IMG/VR virus record: IMGVR_UViG_3300021256_002372
Location: 61,540 to 125,539 of that record
DNA from: a virus
Lineage: Duplodnaviria > Caudoviricetes
DNA: 64,000 nt
Strand: one strand, 5' to 3'
Part shown: positions 39,954 through 47,580 of the stretch, in pieces
How the letters are laid out: each line of letters starts with the position of its first letter
Numbering within the stretch: position 1 is the first letter of the stretch
Translations under genes and position numbers: made by a program
Notes under the pieces: generated by a model
Told to the model about the DNA's origin: nothing
What the model saw: only the letters and a program-made list of their open reading frames with translations
Databases searched by the model: none

Positions 39954-40328
39954 ATGGACAAAAACTTGATCGAATACTTTGATATTGTCAAGGAATCGTA
40001 CATCGACAAGGATGGGAACGAGATCCCCGGCGCTCTGAATGAAGGTGCAATTCACGCGGTACACTGCTTCGACAACAGCCTGCTGGACGAAGCCGATCGC
40101 TTTGAGGTTGCGGAACTTCCGAGGGCTGATCAGGCGGATGACTTCCTCGACATTATCAAGCATTCGGGCGTAAAGGAGATCGCCGTGACTGCAGAAGAAG
40201 GACTGCTCGCCTTTTTGCAGGCCGCCTACTCGTTCGGCTGCAAGGTCGGCGGTGTATGCAATGTGGTCCGTCACCCCTACAGCAATGTGCCGCCGACGGT
40301 CATGCGCGGTATCCTCGTTCAGTTCTGA
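39954..40328 (+). CDS. Hypothetical cassette protein, family X copy 3
   Basis: RFEV..DDFLDIIKHSGVKEIAVT..GC..GILV. Confidence 0.68.
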   Translation: MDKNLIEYFDIVKESYIDKDGNEIPGALNEGAIHAVHCFDNSLLDEADRFEVAELPRADQADDFLDIIKHSGVKEIAVTAEEGLLAFLQAAYSFGCKVGGVCNVVRHPYSNVPPTVMRGILVQF

Positions 40329-40635
40329 TCCGCAGTTATCACGAGCACAGCCCCTTCCAAGGGGCTGTTCTCAATACGGCCCTCTGGTTTGCGCCACGTT
40401 CGCTTGTGTTGGGGCTTCCGGCATTCTTGCGGATAACTTGCCCGAGCGAAAAGGCGCCACACACGGCGCGTTCTGGCGCGTTTTACGGCAAGGCATATTG
40501 TACACAACAAACCACCAAATATAGCCCGAAATGATCGTGATCACTCACTATTGCTATATGTGCGAAACAGAGTTATACTGTTTACAACGGAACAGGATAC
40601 CGAGCCGAAAATTACGAAAGAACGAGGTAAACACG

Positions 40636-40860
40636 ATGTGGACACAGGGCGTTATCAACTATAACGGGAAGGCTTACCGCTACAGCGTAAAGCACTTCGA
40701 GGAGCCGAGCGTCTTTGGGTACGAGGAGGGCAGAGCCTCGAAGATCTGGATCCAGCGGGACGGCATCGAGGTTTTCAACTTCGACCGGGGCATGGACAGA
40801 GAGCCGGCAGACGCAGATACCAAGGCAGTCCTTCAGATGCTCCTCGACAAGTTCAACTGA
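40636..40860 (+). CDS. Small hypothetical cassette protein
   Basis: VKHFEEPSVFGYEEGRASKIWI..NFDRG. Confidence 0.72.
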   Translation: MWTQGVINYNGKAYRYSVKHFEEPSVFGYEEGRASKIWIQRDGIEVFNFDRGMDREPADADTKAVLQMLLDKFN

Positions 40861-40925
40861 GCAGAACAAACGGCGGGCGGCAGCAAAAAGCCGCCCATCC
40901 GTCCCACAGTAAGGAGGTGAAGCGG

Positions 40926-41189
40926 ATGGGAGCGATCAGTGAGTTATACCGTGGCAGGATCAGCGCACCGACAGACATCAAGGTCAGGGCAGATCAATAC
41001 GCTGAACTGAATGCCCGTGCAGATACGCTGTACTGTCAGATTTCAGATGCGCTGACGGCAGATACGGGGAGTGCGTTGGAGGAACTCATCGACATACACC
41101 GGCAGATGGAATCGATCACCTCGGAGGACAGCTACACGAGGGGCTTTCGTGCCGGCGCAAGACTGATGCTGGATATGCTGGAGCCATAA
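40926..41189 (+). CDS. Small hypothetical protein (DUF6809-like)
   Basis: ISELYRGRI..SYTRGFRAGARLM. Confidence 0.65.
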   Translation: MGAISELYRGRISAPTDIKVRADQYAELNARADTLYCQISDALTADTGSALEELIDIHRQMESITSEDSYTRGFRAGARLMLDMLEP

Positions 41190-41384
41190 ACAAGGTACAT
41201 ACTCCTCAGCCCGCTTCGGCGGGCTTTCCTTATCCCATCGTAAAATGTACACTATCCACCAGATAAAAAAGTACATCTCTGGTAGTATTATTCGTTGACT
41301 TATCGCCGAAAAGACGGTAATATGTACACAACGCAAGGGGCAAAGCCCACAAGCGAAAAACAACGAGATCTGGAGGAAAAGAAC

Positions 41385-41729
41385 ATGATCAGCTACGGAA
41401 TGGCACTGGCAAGAGCAAAGGCAGCAAAGAGCAACTGGAACGAGGAAGAGTACATCACGAAGGCGGTCATCACCTGGGCGGATGCCGACTACGAGAACGA
41501 GCTTGAGATCGAAAACGACGGCTGCAGCGACGAGGAGTTCGAGGCTTGGATCGAGCAGAACGCCGAGGAGCTTGCAAAGAAGGCGGCCGCCGAGCAAGGC
41601 ACGACCTTCGAGGAGCTGGTAGGCATCGACTACGAAACGGACACCTACGACGATGACGAGGCCTTTTACGACGCCTACCTTGACGCCTGCGACGCCGAGG
41701 GAGACTACTACAGGGAGATGGGCTGGTAA
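41385..41729 (+). CDS. Highly acidic hypothetical cassette protein
   Basis: Very Asp/Glu-rich; own promoter and GGAGG RBS. Confidence 0.7.
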   Translation: MISYGMALARAKAAKSNWNEEEYITKAVITWADADYENELEIENDGCSDEEFEAWIEQNAEELAKKAAAEQGTTFEELVGIDYETDTYDDDEAFYDAYLDACDAEGDYYREMGW

Positions 41730-41837
41730 GCAGCCCACCCCATTACATACAGCAGCGGAGCCGAGAGGTTCCGCTTTTGTTTGTCAGAAAAACTGTCTTG
41801 TGGACAGTTTTCGGGCCATGAGAATTTGAAAGGAGTG

Positions 41838-42317
41838 ATGCAGATGGCTCAAAGAGGCAGAAAACCAAAGCCCACAGCGATCAAAGAGCTGGAAGGCAAT
41901 CCGGGCAAGCGTCCGCTGAATGATGCAGAACCGAAGCCTGTAAAGAAAGCACCGCCCTGTCCGAAGTGGCTGGAGCCCGAAGCGAAAAAGGAATGGCGCA
42001 GGCTGTCGAAACAACTTGAAGCGATCGGTGTGCTGACCGAGGTAGATCAGGCGGCATTCGCATCTTATTGTCAGGCATACGCCCGTTGGAAGGAAGCCGA
42101 GGAATTCATGACGCAGCACGGCACGATCGTAAAAACAAAATCCGGCTACTGGCAGCAAGTGCCGCAGGTCAGCATTGCACAGACCTATCTGAAAATCATG
42201 AACAAGATTGCGGAGCAGTTCGGTCTGACCCCGGCGGCAAGAAGCCGTATCACTGCCGGTGCAGATATGAAGGACGCTGCCGTTGACGATATGGATGCAC
42301 TTCTGGGAGGTGGATGA
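41838..42317 (+). CDS. terS: Terminase small subunit, P27 family
   Basis: GRKPKPTAIKELEGNPGKR..FGLTPAARSRI. Confidence 0.93.
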   Translation: MQMAQRGRKPKPTAIKELEGNPGKRPLNDAEPKPVKKAPPCPKWLEPEAKKEWRRLSKQLEAIGVLTEVDQAAFASYCQAYARWKEAEEFMTQHGTIVKTKSGYWQQVPQVSIAQTYLKIMNKIAEQFGLTPAARSRITAGADMKDAAVDDMDALLGGG

Positions 42318-44983
42318 TGGCAAGACCAGCAAAAGCAAGAGAAAGACCCGCGAACTACCCGAAACTCACCGACTATCAGCCCACCCGTTTCATGCTGCCG
42401 GAATCACACTACGATGAGGCAAAGGCGGACAGGGCTGTTCGTTTTATCGAAAACCTCTGCCACACCAAAGGTCGCTGGGCGGGTAAACCGTTCTGGCTCT
42501 TGCCGTGGCAGGAGCAGATCATCCGGGATATATTCGGCATCGTCAAAGAGGATGATACCCGGCAGTTTCGCACGGCATATGTCGAAATACCCAAGAAAAA
42601 TGGAAAGCAGCTTGCATTGGATACACCGATCCCGACACCGCAGGGGTTCACTAATATGGGGGATCTGAAGGTCGGAGATACTGTATTTGATGAAAACGGC
42701 ATCCCGTGTCATGTGGTTGCAAAAAGCCCTGTGGATGATACAGAAAAGGCATACAAGCTGACCTTCAAGGACGGTACTTCGATCATTGCCGGTGAACGGC
42801 ACCTGTGGAACTGTCAGTATATTTACGGCAAGCGTAAGGATGTCCTCTGGACAACCGGCGAGATCTACCGCAGAACATCGGAATACAGACAACGGTTTTC
42901 AGACAGACCTCAGTCAAAGCGGGATTCCCTGATCCGAATCCCTGTGTCCGGTGTCCTTCAGACCGCAAGGGCTGAACTGCCGATTGATCCGTATCTATAC
43001 GGCTACTGGCTCGGAAACGGCAATGCAACCAAGCCGGAGATCACCGCCCGGACGGAAGATGTCGAGGACATTATCTCGTTTATTCCGTATAAGGTACACA
43101 ACCGCTATCCACAGAAATGCGGCGGCAGTGAGATCGTGAAGTACAATGAATTGAAAGCGGTGCTGCTCGGCGGCTTCCGTGAAAAAAAGATTCGGTCAGA
43201 ATATCTGAGGGCATCCGCAGAGCAGCGATGGGCATTGCTGCAAGGTCTGATGGATTCAGATGGCTGTATCGGTGAACGCAAGGGGCAGAGCGTGTATGTC
43301 ACAACGCTGCGAGAGCTGGCACTTTCCGTCAGAGAACTGCTGTGGTCGCTCGGAATCAAAAACGCTGTAAAATGCGAGCCTTCTACACGGCACGGGTGGC
43401 CGACCGGAGAGATTTTGTATATCGTCCGATTTACCACCTTTGAAGATCAGCCGACATCAAGGCTGAAACGCAAATACACACGCACACGGGCGCGGGTAAA
43501 AGAAACTCGCTCCTGTTTTCATTATCTGCTGGATATTCAGCCTGTGGATCATCCCGTGAAAATGCAGTGTATTCAGGTGGACAGTCCGAGTCACCAATAT
43601 CTCGCAGGAACGTCATTTGTGCCTACGCACAATAGCGAGCTTGCGGCGGCGATCGCACTGTATCTCTTGTACGCCGATAACGAGCCGTCCGCCGAAGTCT
43701 ACGGTGCTGCCGCTGACCGACAGCAGGCTTCTATCGTTTTTGACGTTGCAAAACGAATGGTGGAAATGACGCCGGCGCTTCTCAAACGTTCCAAGATCAT
43801 GGCGGCGACAAAGCGTCTGGTAAACTACAGTAATGTCGGCTTTTATCAGGTGCTTTCGGCGGAGGTCGGTACCAAGCACGGTCTGAATGTATCCGGTCTG
43901 GTGCTTGATGAGCTTCACGCGCAGCCGAACCGCAGCCTTGTGGATGTTCTGACAAAAGGCTCCGGTGATGCGAGAACGCAGCCGCTGTACTTTCTGATTA
44001 CGACAGCGGGAACGGATAGAAATTCAATCTGCTACGAATATCACACCAAAGCAAAAGATATTCTGGACGGCAGACGCATCGACCCGTCCTTCTATCCCGT
44101 GATCTACGGACTGAATGATGACGATGACTGGAACGCGGAGGAATCGTGGTACAAGGCAAATCCCTCACTCGGATACACCATCACCATCGACCGTGTGCGG
44201 GATGCCCACCGGGAAGCCCTGACCAATCCTGCGGAAGAAAATGTATTCCGTCAGCTGAGACTTGACCAGTGGGTCGGAAGCGCGGTCGCATGGATTCCGG
44301 AGCATATCTACGACAGAGGAAATCTGCCGATTGATTTGGAATCCTTGCGGGGACGGGAGTGCTATGCGGGACTGGATCTTTCCAGCACATCAGATATCAC
44401 TGCATTTGTTCTGGTGTTTCCGCCTCTGACCGAGGGCGATAAATACATCGTTGTTCCTCACTTCTGGCTGCCGAGAGAAACCCTTGACCTGCGTGTCCGG
44501 CGCGATCATGTGCCATACGATGTTTGGGAACGCATGGGCTTGTTTCATGTGACTGAGGGCAATGTGGTGGATTACAATTTCGTGCGGAAAACGATCAATG
44601 AGCTGCACACGGTGTATAACATCAAGGAGATCGCTGCCGACCGCTGGAATGCGACACAGCTTATCACAGATCTGATCGGAGATGGATTCACAGTCGTGCC
44701 GATGGGCATGGGATTCAAGGATATGTCGCCCCCGATGAAGGAATTGTACAAGCTGCTGCTCGAAGGCAAATTCATCCACGGCGGCAATCCCGTTCTCAGA
44801 TGGATGGCAGGAAATGTGGTCGCTGAAATGGATGCGGCAGAGAATATCAAGCCATCCAAGAAAAAGTCAACAGAAAAAATCGACGGCATTGTCGCATGGA
44901 TCATGGCGCTTGACCGAGTGATACGCCATGAAATGCAGGGCAGTGTCTATGACGAACCCGATCATGACCTGATCGTTTTGTAG
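42314..44983 (+). CDS. terL: Terminase large subunit containing an intein
   Basis: Walker A KKNGK|S split by the intein; LDELH; GLDLSS; KIDG. Confidence 0.95.
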   Translation: MMARPAKARERPANYPKLTDYQPTRFMLPESHYDEAKADRAVRFIENLCHTKGRWAGKPFWLLPWQEQIIRDIFGIVKEDDTRQFRTAYVEIPKKNGKQLALDTPIPTPQGFTNMGDLKVGDTVFDENGIPCHVVAKSPVDDTEKAYKLTFKDGTSIIAGERHLWNCQYIYGKRKDVLWTTGEIYRRTSEYRQRFSDRPQSKRDSLIRIPVSGVLQTARAELPIDPYLYGYWLGNGNATKPEITARTEDVEDIISFIPYKVHNRYPQKCGGSEIVKYNELKAVLLGGFREKKIRSEYLRASAEQRWALLQGLMDSDGCIGERKGQSVYVTTLRELALSVRELLWSLGIKNAVKCEPSTRHGWPTGEILYIVRFTTFEDQPTSRLKRKYTRTRARVKETRSCFHYLLDIQPVDHPVKMQCIQVDSPSHQYLAGTSFVPTHNSELAAAIALYLLYADNEPSAEVYGAAADRQQASIVFDVAKRMVEMTPALLKRSKIMAATKRLVNYSNVGFYQVLSAEVGTKHGLNVSGLVLDELHAQPNRSLVDVLTKGSGDARTQPLYFLITTAGTDRNSICYEYHTKAKDILDGRRIDPSFYPVIYGLNDDDDWNAEESWYKANPSLGYTITIDRVRDAHREALTNPAEENVFRQLRLDQWVGSAVAWIPEHIYDRGNLPIDLESLRGRECYAGLDLSSTSDITAFVLVFPPLTEGDKYIVVPHFWLPRETLDLRVRRDHVPYDVWERMGLFHVTEGNVVDYNFVRKTINELHTVYNIKEIAADRWNATQLITDLIGDGFTVVPMGMGFKDMSPPMKELYKLLLEGKFIHGGNPVLRWMAGNVVAEMDAAENIKPSKKKSTEKIDGIVAWIMALDRVIRHEMQGSVYDEPDHDLIVL
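42608..43633 (+). mobile_element. 342-aa class 3 intein (Gln1) with LAGLIDADG homing endonuclease
   Basis: QLALDTPIPT..HLW..GYWLGNG..LQGLMDSDG..MQCIQV..PTHN|S. Confidence 0.9.
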
Positions 44984-44986
44984 GGG

Positions 44987-46015
44987 GTGATGACTATGAG
45001 ACACCAGATTAGCGACCTGTATCAAATGCAGTCGCTATCACTGGAAAGCAAGATCATCATGACACAGCACCGCATTCGTGGGTGGTACGACCATTACGAT
45101 GGCGATGTGTATGTCAGCTTTTCAGGCGGTAAGGACAGTACGGTACTTCTGGATATTGCGCGGAATACGCCGGGCGTTTATGATGTACCCGCTGTCTTTG
45201 CGGATACCGGACTGGAATTCCCTGAGATCAGGGAGTTTGTTCGCACCTTCGATGATGTGACCATTGTCCGCCCGAAGATGAATTTCCGACAAGTGATCCA
45301 GAAGTACGGCTATCCGGTAGTTTCCAAAGAAGTGAGCCGCCGTGTGCAGTATGCACGGAAAGCTATCGCAGAAGGCAGAGAACAGAATCACGGTGATTAT
45401 CAAAAGCTGTGTGGTCTGGCGCTGGATAAAAACGGCAATAAAAGCCAATACAACTGCGAAAAATGGAAGTTCCTTCTCGATGCGCCGTTCCGATGTTCCT
45501 CGGAATGCTGCAGCGTCATGAAGAAAAATCCCATGAAGCAGTACGAAAAGGAGACCGGCAGAATGCCGATTGTAGCGACGATGGCTTGTGAAAGCCGACT
45601 GCGCAAAGAACACTGGCTGATCCACGGCTGCAACGCCTTTGATGCGAAACGTCCTCGCTCTCAGCCCATGTCCTTCTGGACAGAGCAGGATGTTCTCGAA
45701 TATATCTACACACGAAAGATCCCCTATGCTTCGGTATACGGGGATATTTTTATCGGCGAGGACGGCAAGTACCACACCACGGGCGCACAGCGGACAGGCT
45801 GTATGTTCTGTATGTTCGGCTGTCACCTCGAAAAAGAGCCTAACCGTTTTCAGAAACTTGCCGAGACGCACCCGAAAATTTATGATTACTGCATCGGCGG
45901 CGGTGCGGAGATGGACGGTGTATGGCAGCCGGACAATCACGGTCTTGGACTTGGAAAAGTCCTGGGGTATATCGGGGTGAATTACGAAAAAACGGCCGAT
46001 GCAGAAGGAGGATGA
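44987..46015 (+). CDS. Phosphoadenosine phosphosulfate reductase family protein
   Basis: PP-loop SFSGGKDS, DTGLEFPE, CC, RTGCMFC. Confidence 0.88.
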   Translation: MMTMRHQISDLYQMQSLSLESKIIMTQHRIRGWYDHYDGDVYVSFSGGKDSTVLLDIARNTPGVYDVPAVFADTGLEFPEIREFVRTFDDVTIVRPKMNFRQVIQKYGYPVVSKEVSRRVQYARKAIAEGREQNHGDYQKLCGLALDKNGNKSQYNCEKWKFLLDAPFRCSSECCSVMKKNPMKQYEKETGRMPIVATMACESRLRKEHWLIHGCNAFDAKRPRSQPMSFWTEQDVLEYIYTRKIPYASVYGDIFIGEDGKYHTTGAQRTGCMFCMFGCHLEKEPNRFQKLAETHPKIYDYCIGGGAEMDGVWQPDNHGLGLGKVLGYIGVNYEKTADAEGG

Positions 46016-46019
46016 TACT

Positions 46020-47393
46020 ATGGGCTTTTTGAGCTGGCTCGGCTTCAATAAGCCGAGAGATGCGCCGTCACTGCCGGATATCCGGGACAATGTCCGCGAT
46101 TCCGGTAATCTGTTTGTATTCGGCATGACGCACAGCGGAGAGCGTGTGGATGAACGAACGGCAATGCAGATCGTTACTGTATACGCCTGCGTGAGACTGC
46201 TGTCAAATACTATCGCAGGGCTTCCGCTGCATCTGTACAGATATACAGGTGCCGGTGAGGATAAGGAACGCGCTACCGATCATCCGCTGTACAAGATACT
46301 CTACCGACAGCCGAATCCGGAAATGAGTTCATTTTCATTCTGGGAGGCGCTCATGTGCCACCTTTTATTATGGGGCAATGCCTATGCACAGATCGTCCGG
46401 GACGGCAAGAATGAGATCCTCGGTCTGTATCCGTTGCTACCGGAAAACATGGAGATCGACCGTGACCCGAAAAGCGGCGACTTGTTTTACACCTACCACG
46501 CATACACCGACGAAAAGCCCGGTGAGCATGACAAGGATATCATCTTTCAGCGAGATGAGATACTGCACATCCCCGGTCTGGGATTCAACGGTCTTGTGGG
46601 ATTTTCCCCCATTGCCATGATGAAAAATGCGCTGGGCGCAGCAATGGCGGTGGAACGTTACGGCAGCGCCTTTTTCAAAAACGGAGCGCAGCCTGCCGGT
46701 GTTCTGGAACATCCGGGCGTACTGAAAAATCCGGAAAAGATCCGCGAGAACTGGACGAGAGTGTACGGCGGTTCCCGCAATGCGCACCGAATTGCAGTCC
46801 TCGAAGAAGGTATGCAGTATAAACCAATATCGCTGCCGCCGGAGGATTCGCAGTTCCTGTCTACCCGCGAATTCGATGTGGAGGAAATATGCCGAATGTT
46901 TCAGGTTCCGCCGCATCTGGTGCAGGATCTGAAGCGCAGCACCTTCAATAACATCGAGCATCAGGGTATCGCATTCGTGCAGTATTCGCTCATGCCGTGG
47001 ATCATCCGCATTGAAAAAGGCATCATCAAAGATCTTCTGCTGGAGGAGGAACAGGATGTATATTTCCCGAAATTCAATGTGGACGGCCTGATGCGCGGAG
47101 ATTACCAGAGCAGAATGAACGCTTATGCGATCGGTGTCGGCAACGGCTTTATGTCGCCGAATGATGTGCGCAGGCTTGAAAACATGGATCTCATTCCGCA
47201 CGATCTCGGCGGCGATGATTATTACCTCAACGGTTCGTATAATAAGCTTCAAGATGCGGGCGCAAGCTACGGTCTGGCACAGTCACAGCAGGAACAGTCA
47301 GATGATGAGCCGGATGAAAACGCAAACGATGCTCCGGAAGAAGATACCGACGACAGACTCCTGCGGCAGAAACGCAGGAAATACAGAAAGTGA
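46020..47393 (+). CDS. HK97-family portal protein
   Basis: VYACVRLLS, LLWGNAY, GLVGFSPI, STFNNIEHQ. Confidence 0.95.
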   Translation: MGFLSWLGFNKPRDAPSLPDIRDNVRDSGNLFVFGMTHSGERVDERTAMQIVTVYACVRLLSNTIAGLPLHLYRYTGAGEDKERATDHPLYKILYRQPNPEMSSFSFWEALMCHLLLWGNAYAQIVRDGKNEILGLYPLLPENMEIDRDPKSGDLFYTYHAYTDEKPGEHDKDIIFQRDEILHIPGLGFNGLVGFSPIAMMKNALGAAMAVERYGSAFFKNGAQPAGVLEHPGVLKNPEKIRENWTRVYGGSRNAHRIAVLEEGMQYKPISLPPEDSQFLSTREFDVEEICRMFQVPPHLVQDLKRSTFNNIEHQGIAFVQYSLMPWIIRIEKGIIKDLLLEEEQDVYFPKFNVDGLMRGDYQSRMNAYAIGVGNGFMSPNDVRRLENMDLIPHDLGGDDYYLNGSYNKLQDAGASYGLAQSQQEQSDDEPDENANDAPEEDTDDRLLRQKRRKYRK

Positions 47394-47403
47394 GGAATGT
47401 GAA

Positions 47404-47580
47404 ATGCAGAAATTCTGGAACTGGATTCACGATGACAGCGGCGGCAGGGTGCTGCGGCTGGAGGGACCTATCGACTCGGAGTCTTACTGGGGGACGGAAA
47501 TTACTCCGCAGGACTTCCGTGATGAGCTGTATGCGGAGGACGGAGATATCACACTTTGGCTGAATAGTCCAGGCGGGAAT
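47404..47580 (+). CDS. ClpP-like prohead protease, exon 1
   Basis: KFWNW..LWLNSPGGN; joins in frame to 50083. Confidence 0.88.

Larger units (their letters stand above)
29124..41780 (+). repeat. Array of 14 promoter-headed small-gene cassettes with dispersed repeats
   Basis: -35 boxes at 29311, 31177, 31923, 33520, 34378, 35219, 35837, 36530, 37192, 38053, 39039, 39870, 40551, 41295, each followed 17 bp later by a TAATAT-like -10; shared flanking motifs. Confidence 0.88.

Noticed and set aside
29124-41780. Classical integron with attC sites
   Set aside because: No IntI gene nearby, the hairpins lack proper RYYYAAC/GTTRRRY ends, and the cassettes carry their own promoters
29124-41780. CRISPR array
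   Set aside because: Repeats are degenerate and separated by whole genes rather than 30-40 bp spacers; the Cas4-like DUF2800 is a standard phage replication nuclease
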